The position numbers were made by a program, and so were the translations under genes. A stretch of 64,000 bases of DNA from Antedon mediterranea (Eukaryota; Animalia; Echinodermata). The notes below the pieces were generated by a model. The model was not told the DNA's origin. It was given only the letters and a program-made list of their open reading frames with translations, and ran no database searches. The stretch covers positions 4,898,001 to 4,962,000 of the forward strand of contig NC_092672.1 of NCBI RefSeq assembly GCF_964355755.1. The letters run 5' to 3'. The first letter of the stretch is position 1. Every line of letters starts with the position of its first letter. Positions 38,436 through 53,200 of the stretch are shown here, in pieces.

Positions 38436-41400
38436 ATGGCACAAGAATTTTTATACAACAAAGAATTACAATTATATGCAAGTGTAGCTAGTATACGAAT
38501 TGGGAAAAGGTTAGCTGACGCAGATGATGATGATCCGGAGGAGGAGATAGAAAATCAAAGAAAATCACAAAAACGACATAAATTTTGGCTTATTATCGTT
38601 TTTATATTTATATTATTTACCGGTGTAGCTGCAATTACATCAGTGATTATTTTCATCTTAAATAGCGGTGAGTACATGTGTCATAATCATATTTTTTAGG
38701 CCTATATTGTTCGGATAGACGGCAAGTTTATGCCAAAGTTATTATGTTTTTTCAAACGCTAAAAATAAGGTTTATCGCAAATAGCTTGATTATTTAAAGA
38801 GGAACGTGTCATTGTACAATGCATGATGGGAAGGGTTTGGAAGAAAACGTCACGACGCGTACGTACAAACAACAAATCACGTATGTACGCTTCGTGACGT
38901 TTATTCCCAATATTTTAAACAGATTGGCTATAAGATTTTTGGATAAACTAAACCTTAAGCCTTGTCTACACTATCAAACTTTATGTGACAAAAAAATGTG
39001 ATGTGCCCATATATGAACATAATGATGTCATATCACAACTATATTTGGGCATATCACTACCATATTTGGGTACAGTTTGATAGTGTAGACAGAGCTTTAT
39101 AAACGAGTGAGGCCTAAAAACAGGAGATATTTATATTCTCGGTGCTCTTTCCCCCGTAGATGGTTCAGGATCATCGAGTTCAGCTAAACCTAACGTAACG
39201 ACGATAGTTCCAGAATTCACTCTTTTATGTTCATGTAAAGGAAGGTATGAATGTGTTTCTGTATGTATAGTGTAAGTGATGAATAAGTAAATTCTGATAA
39301 TTGTGTAGGCCTATAAAAGTTAACAGTAAAAATGTCTATTATTGTATTTATACGTCACAAAAGACTTACTTCCCTTTGTCTGGGGGAATTTCAAAATGAC
39401 CAAAATAGTACATTAGTTTTTATTCTAATCAGTTCAAATTCCAATTTTTTTTAAACTTTGATTTACTCATTTACTCAGCTCTGTCTACACTATCAAACTA
39501 GTTTGATGTGCCCAAATATGGTAGTTATATACCCAAATATGGTAGTGATATGACATCATCATGTCCATATATGGGCCCATCACATTTTTTTGTCACATAA
39601 AGTTTGATAGTGAAGACAGAGCTTTATTAATTTAAAGTAAAATTAAAGTATTTTGCCTATCATTAATTTTATTTATTTAATAGAGCCAGTAAGAGATTGC
39701 ATATGTTGACATGTTTGAAAGATTTGGAATGCCTTGTAACCATCTGCGTCAAATGTATATTAGCCACATAAGACCTGTAACTGAATATGCGTGTCCGGTA
39801 TGGCACTCTGCTTTAACCTTAGCACAAACTTGAATCTATACTGGAACGCGCATTTAGAATAATTCTCAGACAAAAATTTGCATCTTATGATCAAGCAATT
39901 AAACTACTTAATCTTAAATGTTTAGATCAAAGAAGAGAAGATATTCTTCTTGATTTTGCTAAAACAAAATTGTCCCTAACGCACTTCCTAAAATGAGAGG
40001 CAAAACGTGTGGTAGGATACTTAGAAATGCTAAGAAGCAAAGTGAAATGTATGGCAAAAAAAAAACAACTCATGTTTCCCAGCCCTGTGTAGACTAATTA
40101 TTAAACCAAAATAAATACATTTCGGAAAAATAACAACAATAACAATTACAATAGTAAGTTATGTCAAAACGTGTATAATATAATATTTTGTGTAAAATAC
40201 TTTTATCAGTCTTTTCCATGTGTAATATCTCATTTTTAAAATAATTATTTACCTTTTTAATGTTGTGAACTTTGATGTTTGAAAGCTTGTACCAATTTAT
40301 TATGTAAATCTCGTGCTATTCAGTTTCATTCTATATTATACTGCAAAGAGAAATATTGAATAAAAGCAGAATAAATGAAATTTATTTAATTAAAAACATT
40401 TTTAACTGTGAATATTTTAAATAAAAGAACATTTTGACTTATATTTTGACCTAGAAAACCAATTGTAGAGATAATAAGGTAGCACTTATTGATCCTATCA
40501 TTGTCGTGTTTTAAGAAAGGAAATGAATGACTGGCCTTAAAATAAAGCAAAACTTTGAATAGAGTTCGTTAGAGATGAAACGGTAAACAGATTCAAATTG
40601 TGCGTGCGTGCAAACCAATGTCTCGGATCAGGGATTTTGTGTCCTGAAATCCTCTTAAAATTCGATAGAGGTTAAGCCTATCCCAATTCCACCCTTTTTT
40701 TAAATCAATTGCAAATAATCAATTTTATTGATTAAATATTGAACTAAGACATATTAAAGCTGTATCGGTTCACACATAACACAATTATTTTATTAAAATT
40801 GCCTACTCAATAAGTTAATTTAGAAGAAATATGTTTTACTATATAATTGTGTATAAACGGTAAACAGTCAAACTAGTTTACTGTATCAAAAAAGTGTGAT
40901 GTGCCCAAATAAGATAGTGATATGGCCAAATATGGTAGTAATATTACATCATCATGTCAATATGTGGGCACATCACATTTTTTGACACATAAAGTTGATA
41001 GAGTAGCACAAAGCTTATAGATATGAGTTTTTGCCAAATCGCCTTTTATGTGGATGGAAATGCACCTGAGTGTCTGACACATTTCAAACGGTGTTCTGTG
41101 TAAAACTATGTCAACACTATCAAACTTTAAAAAGTGTGCTGTGCCCAAGTATGGTAGTGATATGGCCAAATATGGTAGTGATATTAAATCATCATATCCA
41201 TATATGGGCACATCACATTGTTTGTCACATAAAGGTTGATAGTGTAGACAGAGATTTAGACATGCATTTTTGCCAAATCTCTATTTTCTCTATTGATAAT
41301 TAAATATTACTGTATCATTTTCATAGGGTTGGTAGTACATGTTCATCAGAAGGCTACAATACGAATATCAATGACTGTCCAACTTTCTTTCACAAGTATC

Positions 41401-44400
41401 GTACATACGATGGCTCCTGCAATAACGTTTGTAACCCAAGCATTGGCAAGTCACACACTCCTCCAAGACGAATACTTCCGCCAGTTTATTCAGACGGTAA
41501 GAACGTCATATGAAAATAAAATAGCAATTAGGCCTATATGTAAATGTAAATGGGGGAATAACCTTACTGGGCTGAATTGCACACATGTGTGGACGGCACT
41601 TTCCTCTCCTCCAAGGGTATTCGTGTCGAGTAATGCCACCAAACGGCGGCCGTTCATCTGTCCACAACGACAGAGGCTAAATGGACCAGTACACCGGGGT
41701 TACCCCTACTTTTCCGAAAGATGTACTGGGTTCTTTAAATGAACTAACCTATAAGGAAAAAAAGTGAATTTAATTCAGCAGAATTTCAGGTTCAGGTTTG
41801 CATCCAATTTCCGCGTAAGTATGCGTTGCATTTTCGCGGTTCACATGTCCTGGTCATGAGTCGAGTTCAAATTTAGTTTCGCATGCACTGTATTTTAAAT
41901 TGAGAATGTCCCGTATAACAATAGTTCATAGATCTAGAACATGATATGAGGAAATACTATGACAAATCAATCTAATAGGTTTGCTAGAGGCGCAGATTAA
42001 CACCCAAGTATCACATAACTATAGAGTTGAGTTGTTATTGAAGTAGTAATTATAATATCAAGATCTTACTATATTAAAGCGTGGTTCCCACTAGCGACGC
42101 AACACAAGGACGTAACGCAACGTAAGTGAATTGACCTATCACAAGCGATGGCGTATTCGCTTGTGATTGCTAACTGCCTATAGCTTCGCTTGTCATTGGT
42201 TAAAACGCTTGCGTTGCGTTTACGTCCTTGCGTTACGTTCTAGTGGGAACCAAGAGTTAGAAAGTTAAAGGTACGCTAAAAGTTAATAACAATGGTGTAG
42301 TAAATAAAGCGTTGAACAATTTAAGATCAAACTCTGGTGTTAATTCCATGTTTAATTTAGTGGGCCGGTGTATTTTTTTAAAAGTAAATAACTTTATTAA
42401 AAGTGAAAAATGGCCTATTGAAAGTCTGATTTATTAATCTTCATTTTCATATTTTTGGAAGACAATACATCTTTAATAATAGTAAATAAAGTACGTCCTT
42501 TTTCCAATATTTAGAAAAAGCATCGCCGAGATTGTCAGCTGCTGAAGAGGAACTACCAAATGTTAGAAATGTTTCTGTGCACTTCTCACATGAGGAAAAC
42601 TTCAACATCAACTGCAAGTACACGGATCTGGTGATGCATTTTGGCCAATTGCTGGACCACGATATGGATCATTCGGTACCAGAGGAAGGTAACATACATT
42701 CAGTATTCACTTCATTCATATTTGTAATATTGCATGCAATCCCCCAAAGAACAATCATCAGCTTATGATGTGGGCATCTATAGATAAACCATTTTTATAA
42801 TAAAAACATAATGGTTACGGAGTCGTTTTGTTTATAGGTTTATTAATTTATTCATAGTCACTGTTGAACAAATAGTTATTTGCTCTCTAATTTTCTTCGC
42901 TTTGTAGACATTTATCTGCTGATGTGCAAAACGAAGGTCATTTAGCTTAAAGTATTTCTAAACTATCATATTTAATTTTTTCAAAAAAGTGTGATTTTCT
43001 CAAATATGGTAGTGATATTCCCAAATTTGGTAGTGATATGACATCATCATGTCAATATATGGGCACATCACATTTTTTTGTCACATAAAGTTTTAAGAAT
43101 CACATTTACAATTCCATCAATTTTAATGAATTTTTCTTAATGTGTATTTTAAATTGTGAATATTGTAATACTATTTCTGAATCACCCTTTTTAAAACAAG
43201 TACCTCCTCAAGTATATGTATCATTCTATTCATTTAAATGTGTCTATTTTGGTAGAAAGCCCACGTGTTTCGTTTTACAAACAGCTATTGCACGCTCGAA
43301 CGATAGACTATTACATGCCTGTGGCTAGTATTGTTAACCGTATGACAATTCTATAGATTTTAAAAGTATTTTGTCAGCAATTTGAATTTTAGAAATACGA
43401 TAAGATAATCGTTATAGGTTCCTTTTATCTAATAAAAATATATGGTGCCTTTCACAGATCATTTTCTTTGAGTCTCCCAAAACTAATTATTCAGATGAGA
43501 GTTCACATGCACTCACCTGAAGTTCAATTGTTTGTGTTTTTTATATTCAAACGGAAACAATAAAATGGCTCATAGTGTAAAATATTCACTTAAAATTAGA
43601 GTATAGGTATAATAAAACAGACATAAAAACGACAGGCTTATAAAAGGGCTATATTATACCAGATAAAACAGGTTATTTGTGTATAGGCTTCTGTATACTA
43701 AAACGTACTGTGTGCGTTGCTTACGTTGATAATCCAAGTTATTGATTTCAATTCGTTTTTTAGAAACCGGCCAATTTTATAATATAATCATTTTCGGCTT
43801 AAATCTAGTAAAAAATCTTTAAATTCGCTTCACTATTTCCAAAAGACGTTCAAGTTATGAAAACCAAACACTAATTTAGATAGCCTAGACTTGCTCCAAG
43901 TCTGTATGTATTGTCTTTTTTATGCCATTCCACACGTCGTCGTTTTGATTTTTGTCTGAAATCTAAACTGAAGTAATACACGTATGAAACGCCATATGTG
44001 CCAAAATATTTATTAATTATTATCCGTCTGGAGCCCAGAGTATAGATAGTTATGCATGATGTAAATGAAATGACATATAAAATTATTGAAGTCAAGTAAT
44101 TTGAAATCAAATTATTTTAATAATTAATTGAATTTTAATCGATTTCATATTATTCGTATTTAGTGCCATGTGGCTGTAATCGAACCGACAAGTGTCTACC
44201 GATACCCATACCTAAGGATGACCCGTATTTTACCAAACCATGTATGGTATTCAAACGGTCGCAGAGAACGGCCGTCGAAGGATGTCCGTCCGCGCCAACT
44301 GAACACGTGAACGTTATTACGTCATATATTGATGGCTCATTCGTATATGGATCGACTGAACACGAGGCAAAGAAGTTGCGATCGTTTGGTAAGTTTGTAA

Positions 44401-47315
44401 AATACTTGTCATGACCACAGAAGAACGTACTTTTATCAAATTCAATGAAATTATGTTAGTTATTTCCGGCAAATCTAGTAGACATTTGTTCCATGGGACG
44501 TTTTACTGTTTTATTTTTATTATGGAAAGCAAACAGACCCTTAAAGATGTATTGTCCCCCTGAACAAAATTAATGTTTAAATTTTTTAATTATTGAATAT
44601 ACCATTTTAATGTCACATAATAGTTTAACAAAAATTGAATTGAATAAAAATATATTTACCTGAAAAAAACTGTAATTTAAAGCAAAAAATAGACAAGTCA
44701 ATGGGGTTTTGGTTGAATTTGACCATTTATTTTGTCATTATATATAAGAAAACATTTTGTTTTTCTTTTTTACGGAAGGGATTACATTCATTAAAATTTC
44801 AATCAATCAAACAATTTAAAGGCTGATTTAATTAATCTTCATTTTATATATATATTTACGTTATTAGGCCTATAACGTATTACGATACATAATATAATTT
44901 TTAAGAAATAAGTTAGTGTTAATTTGCACATGCATATTTTATATCACATCATAATAGTTAATTAATTATCGATTAATATTAGTTTCAGGTAAATTAATAG
45001 TACTTAAAAACCCATCAGGAAGCCATTTGAAGCCAATCCTACCACACAACCCAACGCATAGCAAATGTAAAGCCCAGACAATAGTTAAAAAGTGTCCGTC
45101 AGCAGGAGATAAAAGAGCATCTGTACAGCCAGGCCTACATGCGTTGCACACTGTATTTGTACGGGAACACAATCGCCTTACAGACAAACTAACCATTTTG
45201 AATCCACACTGGAATGATGAAAGATTATTTCAAGAGGCTAGAAAAATTGTATCAGCTGTCTTCCAGCATATCACCTATTCGGAATATCTTCCAGTTATTC
45301 TTGGCCAGAAAAGCGTTCAAAGGCATAATTTAGCGACAGATAGCACGTATGCATATAGTGACTGTATAGACCCGTCAATAAGTAGTGTTTTCTCTTCTGC
45401 CGCGTTTCGTTTTGGACATAGTCAAATTGGTTCGTTTGTGGCGCGTGCAGACAAGAACTATCAACCAACGTATGATCCTTTGCCGCTTAGAGGAACCTTT
45501 TTTAACGCATCCGTTCTTGATGACGCACGTGCTGGCGGTGTCGATTCTATCATTCTGGGCATGCTCAGTATCGGATTATTCAATGTGGATTATCAATTTT
45601 CGAAGGATATCACCGAACATTTATTTTCGGATCCACCAAATGCGTAAGTACAAACCAAACATGTTTATAGTTTATATTGGTACATACAAACACATTCACT
45701 GAGACAGCGTTAGTCCTAATAAATTTGTAATGAAAAATGGTGTTCTTGAATACATCGACGTTTAGATTGAAAGTTATGTCATGGCATTGGAATGTTAGAT
45801 TTTGAATCGCTGTGCGTTTTGGCCCAGTGCATAAATGTGATCATTGGGGATTATTCCTTTATTATTTTTTTGACAATCAATTACATTGTTTTTGTCAATT
45901 CAACTGAAAGCTTATAATTTCATTTCGTATTGTACAGCCCAGGGATGGATCTTTTAGCCATCAACATCCTGCGTGGCCGTGATCATGGTTTAGCATCTTA
46001 CAATGATTGGAGGGACGTATGCGGGCTAGGGAAAGCAGACACGTTTGCCGATTTAACCGAAATAAGCAAGGAAGTGCAACTACTTCTACAGAAGATATAT
46101 CAGTAAGTATGCAAACAACATTTCAAAAAAATGACACCGACCAATTAATTATTCTATCATTCTGGGAATGCTCAGTGTCGGATTATTCATTCTGAATAAT
46201 ATTCTACACGGTCGCTGTCCATGGAGTTTATCAGGGGAGCATTTTTGTGTGACGATATAGAGGGCGCTATACACAACAATAGAAATTGCGGTGGTTATAA
46301 CGTAACATACGTAAAATAGAGTTTAGTGCACTTGACAATTGAAAAGATATGGTTATCTCAGTCATGAAAAAGTATGTATTGTAAAATGTTCTAACTAACG
46401 TCATTATTAGTATTTATACTTTGCTCTGCACTACTACGATTCATGAGTGACCTGGTTCATAAGTGACCTGGTTTTAGAAGACATGTAATCAAATACAATT
46501 AAATGAACTGTGACATTTTATTCTATTTTTTTTTTTCAGAAATGTCAATGATATTGATGCTATTATTGGAATGTTTAGTGAAAGACACGTTGACGGAGCC
46601 CTCGTTGGGCCAACGTTTTCGTGCATTCTTGGTGAACAATTCCATAATCTTAAATTTGGTGATCGATTTTGGTATGAAAACACGGAAGGACACCAAGCAT
46701 TTAGTAAAAGTAAGTTTATTTACATAATTTTAGTGTATTATTCATAATTCATGTTGCTAAAATTATCGTTTATTTCTATTTAGCAAACAAAATCAAACAC
46801 ACTATTGGGTTTATCAAATTAGTAAATCAACAAGTAGGCAATTCAAATCTCGAGTTGTCTGCTGGTTGCTGACGGTATCATCAATAAGTATCAATTGATT
46901 AATATTTTTATAAAATTGTTTTTTCAAACTTTAATCCACAGCCCAATTAGAAACAATTCGTACGTCAAGTTTAGCAAGACTGTTTTGTGATAACCTCGAT
47001 GAGATAGAAACGGTTCAACCACATGTTTTTATCGTGCCAGACAATGGATTCGAAATAGGAAAATGGTAACTTGACTTTTTTTTATTGATTGTTGAATAAT
47101 AATAGCAAATATTGTGTTTTACTATTATCTTCCTTCAACTAATTTGGTAACTGTATATTTTTTTTATTAATATTAGGAAAGAAAGTGTGCTCCCTGAAGG
47201 CCTCGTGGAAATATACACAGACGACCAGTTCTCGTATGCGTACAATAGCCGCGTGCCGTGTTCTTCCGCGACTATTCCTTCAATTAATTTAAATGCTTGG
47301 AAAGAAATTATTTGA
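38436..47315 (+). CDS. Animal heme peroxidase (peroxidase-cyclooxygenase superfamily) with predicted N-terminal type II membrane anchor, ~712 aa
   Basis: Exons 38436-38667, 39160-39244, 41327-41496, 42515-42688, 44164-44388, 44989-45643, 45938-46102, 46540-46709, 46942-47065, 47177-47315 (2139 nt in frame). Motifs [18 protein letters not shown] (distal His), [29 protein letters not shown] (proximal His), [25 protein letters not shown]. Joining of exons 1-2 rests on phase compatibility. Confidence 0.9.
39690..40100 (+). mobile_element. Degenerate LINE (CR1/L2-type) ORF2 3' fragment
   Basis: Translation from 39711, [36 protein letters not shown], matches the Y...IRP.xEYA.PVW motif found downstream of non-LTR RT domains; contains stops and frameshifts. 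Confidence 0.7.
42078..42254. mobile_element. MITE family A, copy 4
   Basis: Same TIRs and body as 7020-7197. Confidence 0.88.
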
Positions 47316-50238
47316 AATTTGACGCAATACAAATTTAAATGTATATTTATGTTTAATGGAAAATAACATCAATAATGTGTATTAGAGAGAAGCCAAAGTC
47401 TGATCATGGAGCTATAAAGGTCTGATCTAGTAAACTTGGTCTCCGGTGAGTGGAGGCTGCAGGGATATGAACAGAGATCCAACCACGCTACATTCTTATA
47501 ATTTTTAACTACATCTCTGCTATCTACAAAATCGAACTTTATGTGACAAACAATTTTATGCGCCCATATATATGGGTATGATGATGTAATATCACCACTA
47601 CCATATTTGGGCATATCACTAATATATTTGAGTACACCACCCTTTTTTTTGTCAAACTAGTTTGTAAGTGTAGACAGAGCTTTAGATACCTTCTTGTTCG
47701 TTTGATCAAATTGGTTCTTGGAGACATGAATATCGGCTTTTCCCGGGCATTCAATATCAGCCTACCCAACAACTCTGATGAGAGGACATTTATTATAAAG
47801 GCGATTATAATGTGGTAGCATATTCGCATTTTTTTAGCTGTGGTTGTGTATTGGAGTTCACGCTCTAGTTTGTATATAATTACCTCTATGATATAACACT
47901 TCAACATGGACATGTTATTATATATACAAATTTCTCTTTATGTGCAATAATTATATCAGTTTTAATTATGTATATATTATATGAGCTTATATAATTATGA
48001 CACTTGAACTTTAAAGGTCAATAGTATGGTAATTTATTTAAAATAAAGTAGGTTTATTAATAGTAACGATCGTTTCTAGGATACATTGTATTGAATCGGG
48101 AAACTAGATATATTGTAAATAATGTACAAAGTAATTCTGAATTAAATTAAATTTGTAAGAAAATGTGTTCAAAACTATTTTGTTTAATGTGAATATTTAT
48201 TTAACATTTGAGAATTATCTTCTTATCGGTTGAGGGTTTCTGATGGTAGTAGCAATGACTATTCGGTGTGTGTGTCTGATTAATTCTATTTAAAGATGTA
48301 TTGTCCCCCTGGAATTTTTCTTTTGTACATTTTTTTGTTGAATATGCAATTTTAATGTTACATAATATGTATTCACTTTACCCAAAATTGGATCAAAAAA
48401 AATGTTTACCTTAAAAAAATTAAATGTGTTTCTACGAAAATGATAAAGATTTTGGAGATGATACATGATTAAATGATGGTTGATTTATGATTGATATTAT
48501 ATTATAAAAATGATGATGATAGTGGTAGTGATGATAATGGTGAATGATGTTTTTGTCATGACCGGCTTTCTTTGATTTTATATGTATAATTATATACAAA
48601 TGCATTTTGTCTTTTTGTTTATGGGTCTTGCGTGACAAGAAATCTCTTTTTGCAAGATCCTCTATTAATAGTAGACCTATTGTTGTATTGTTTCATTTGG
48701 ATTATATCTTTCCTCTTTTTTAACTGTTTTGTTTTATCATTGATGTTTATTTTTCACATGATGTATTTTACTATATACTATGTATTAAATAGGCCGTAAA
48801 GAAAAGCTCGGCTTTTCTATTCTTACATTCGGCTCCTCTTATTGCATTTTAAAATTTTGTTTTGCTTTCATGGGTTTACTATTATAAATTGAATTAAATG
48901 ACTAGACTAGACAATAAATCGGCCTTGATGATTTATACAAAAATGCGGTGTACGTGGTGTGTGTAAAGCTTTTTGGATATAATGGATGCTGTCCTCTATC
49001 GATCAACCACGAAATATGGGCGAAGTTAGCAACACATTTTGCCAAGAGATGTTTTAATTTCAATGAATAAAAACAGCAAAAATTAATCAATAGCTTTCTA
49101 TTATTATGTACAGTAAGGTTAGTTTGCTTTGTATTGATTATTATGCACAATCAATTCATTGTGTTGTTTAAATTTACGTAGGGTAATGAATGTAGAGGAT
49201 AGTTAATAGTTTAGCTAGGCCTAGGCCTCTAGACCAAAACGTTGCTTTACGCTTGATCGACAGTGCAGAGAGAGAGGGGGAATCACAGTTTGGGAATCCG
49301 AATCACTGACTCTACACTCTAGGCCTAGTAAGAGTGGAGTGAGCCTCAGCCCGTTTAAATTTCCGATGCCGTTCAGCATATAAGTCTATACATACAAACA
49401 GTTCAGGCGTGCGAAACAGCAATAACAGTTGGTAAGGAGAGAAATACTTTGTGTTTGTTAATTTAATTAAAGTTCAAAATGTATTGAAATGAAACTTACT
49501 AATAATACCAGCCTAGGCTAGGCTACTTGTTGTAGTTGCACTGTGTACAAAGAACAGTACACACCCATTTTTGTGCCCGACCAGGTAATAATAGGCCTAC
49601 CTAAATGACAATGTGTGTGCATTCTGAACTATTATTAAAGAAATATTTCTATTTCATTGCTATCAGCATTACTAGGTGCTATCCTATTCATTCATACACA
49701 ATTAAAATTGTGGTCTGCACTAAAGTAGAAGCGAGAGCTTGTCTCATATGAGGACAAATATGCCGATATACATAAAATGAAATATAACGCAATATACAAT
49801 AAAATAAGTAAGAAAAGAGATAGATTGAAGATATTGAGCATAACAAAAGTTTTAAAGTTGTTTAATTAATGGGTAACAACAGATTATTTTTAAAGTAACT
49901 GAAGATACAGAAAGTTTATTTTAACTGGGAGATCATTCCATATTTTAAGTGATACTCTTGAAATACAGTAGCTGACTTTATTTTATTCATTCTGAAGTTT
50001 AAAGTAAAACATATGTATATTGTTGTTGTATTGTTGTTGTTGTTGTTTCTTTTGGATGATCCAAAAAAAAAAATTATATGAATACTATATAGAGATCCAG
50101 ATAAACCTTTCTACTAATTTCATTTATCCTAGTTGTAATGTCTATGTGTGAACTTTTTTATTTTCATTTCATTCATTTTTTTTATAGGTTAGAAACTGGT
50201 TCTATGGAAAGTTTGGTTAAAGTTTATCTTTAGTTTCA

Positions 50239-53200
50239 ATGATGCTACGTAGAATGCTTAAAAAACGCCACATCCCAACCTGGACAGCTACAATTGCGGC
50301 TTTCTGTCTTGTCTCCATCCTAATAATGCTTCATGCGAGCCAAACTGATAAGAAGGGAGAATCTAAAGAAGAAATTGAAAAAAAATGGCAGAAAATCCGC
50401 AATATGGAACAAAAAATGCAAGAATTAAAACATAACGTTGCTAAAGCCAATGCTTATAAAGCAGAGTTAATGGAGATGGTAAAATCTTGTAACGTAACGG
50501 CTGGCCAACAAGGTAGTGCGTGTAACGGATTGTTAGCTGTCGGATTACCAAAACTAGAAGAATTACCGACTAATATAGTAAATCGAGAAATAGACAATAC
50601 CGGCCTTTTAGGCTGTGGTGAAATTGACTCATTAAAAATTATCAAAAAAATTAAAAAAGGACAGAATAAAATTATAGAAAGTGCCAGGTACGGAACGAAA
50701 CAAGTTGCTGTTAAGAGCGCGTCAACACAGGTTGCGAGTGTACAGAAATGTTTAAAACGAAAGACGTACAAAAAGAAGGAAGATTGTTATATTTTAGCAA
50801 ATTATGAGGTTATTCGCGAGAATCTATTATTGAGGCAAATACAACACTCAGGAATACCAAAGATGTTGGGGATGTGTGTGCGAAGCGAAAGCAGTAGCAC
50901 GGACGTTAAGAAACGTGGCGTATCATTGGTGGTAGAGTTAGGTCGACAAGTAGATTTGAATGAGCTATCATCAATGCCATTTCAGCAAAGACTTAAGGTG
51001 TGATTACAATTATTTTAAAAATTTTTTTCCATTTACTAATAGTTGTATGTAATTTTTATAATTTGATAATTTCGCAAATTTGTCCAGCAGGAAATTTGGG
51101 TTAATTTATTCACACGGTTTTTAACCAGAGTTATTTTATGCAGCAGAAACGGGACCTTGGGGGTTGTTCAAGGTTTGTGCAGTTTAGCACTAATACCTGT
51201 TAGAACTTGATTTTTAGCCTTTCTTTTTTTATCATTCAGATGTCTCTACAGCTTAGTGCTCTTCTACTATACTTAGCACATTCATCACTTGGAAGCATGA
51301 GGATACAAAAGTTTGATGTAAATCGCTTTATACTGGCTGAAAACCAGATAAAACTGGCAGATGTGAATGAATTAACCAGCCTAGAAAAAGAATGCAATGA
51401 AGACTATAAATGTCTTATTAATGGCACTGAGATAGGTAATGTCACATACACTTATTTTTTGAGAGACGGATTTTTGTAATTATTTATTTCTATAACTAAA
51501 GCTCTGTCTACACTATCAAACAAACAAAAATGTGACCAAAAAAATGTGTACTGGTACTTCATTCAATTCTGCTTCCAACTCACCAAGAACTGGGAGTACC
51601 ATCTTCCACTACAAATGATATCAATTGATCAATTTATTGGAATGGATCAAATTATAGTATAAAACTTAAGCTTGGTTCCCACTAGAACGTAACGCAAGGA
51701 CGTAAACGCAACGCAAGCGTTTTAACCAATGACAAGCAAAGTTATAGACAGTTAGCAATCACAAGCGAATAAGCCATCGCTTGTGATTGGTCAATTCAGA
51801 TGTGTTACGTTACGTCCTTGCATTGCGTCGCTAGTGGGAACCATGCTTTACTCCAAATTTATATTTCATCTGTTATATAATCTAAAGTTCTGTCTACACT
51901 ATCAAACTAGTTTGACAAAAAAGTGTGCCCAAATAATATGGTCGTGATATGACATCATCATGACCATATTTGGGCACACCACACTTTTTTGTAGTCTGAT
52001 ACTAGTGTAGACAGAGCTTAACACCTAGTTCACATTTCATCTACCTTTGCTTCTAAATCCCTTTTTACGCTGTGAATTTGAGTATTCTGAATGTAATTTT
52101 GTGGAAAAGTGACAATGTTGACTGTGTCTTTGTAAATATCTTGTGAATTTAAACTGATCAATCAATATTACACATGCAGTGTAATTATTCATACACAACT
52201 TGTTTACACTGTGTAAACAAATTATTGCTGTACCCGATATTTAACCATATTCATAGTACAGTGCATTATTACGCAATATGAAATAAAATATTAAACAGTA
52301 ACTTTGATAGGTTTCAGAATGTAACGTTAGACAAGTAATAGGAATAACAGATGTAATTTTTTGGCATTTGAACACCGAACAAGCTAAACCGCAGTGTAAC
52401 TCCAATAGACCACAATTTAACTAAAGAAAAGATTGCTGTGTGGACATAAGTCTTAATATAATTACTGTATTTCTGAATTAACACTAGTATAATTTAATTT
52501 GTGGTACCCCATGTGTATAAAGTATAGTTGTGAATGTTTCAGTTGTTATGCTACAACCATCTTCAGAAGAGTTCTAGGCAAATAAAGATATGAGAGATAT
52601 AGAAATCTGGTCCAGATTTTAAATAAGCATCATACTGTAGTTAAATAAAAGAACATTTTAAATAATTAATTAGCATGTACCTGATCTAATTTTAAATTTC
52701 TTGTCTCATGTGGAGTGGAGTTGTGGCTTGGTGGTTATGATGCTTGGCTACCACTCTAAGGGTCCTGGGTTTAAGTCCCGTCACATGTCAGGATTTTTTT
52801 CTAAGGACCAAATTACTCCACTCCCAAAGACTTGTAATAAGACTTTGTTTATGTAGAGCATCTTGTGTATATGTTTGTCTTGTGGACCTCTGAGGGTCCA
52901 TAATGATCAGCAATAGCTGGATGGATCACCCTCATTAAATATGGTTTAAAAACAAAATTAATGAATTTAAATCACTTTTTTTCCCTTTGTCTATTTTGTG
53001 TTTGAATGTTTTTTGTATACTTTTTTATTACTTGTATTGATATTTTTCTATGTTAATGTTTTTGTGTACATTTTATACAGTTTTTATGTACAGTAAATGC
53101 AATACTTTCAGCTTCTGCTGCTTTTTGTATATATATGTTTTTTATAACAAAATAAAAAAATAAATATAAAGATTTAAGTTTTTTTTGTCAAACTTATCTA

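Noticed and set aside
41293-41742. 149-aa ORF
   Set aside because: Off-frame overlap with peroxidase exon 3, whose real frame reads [10 protein letters not shown].
52711-52790. Possible tRNA gene (also ~59023-59100)
   Set aside because: A/B boxes are present but there is no clean cloverleaf, and the head is attached to a body repeated elsewhere, so it is a SINE.
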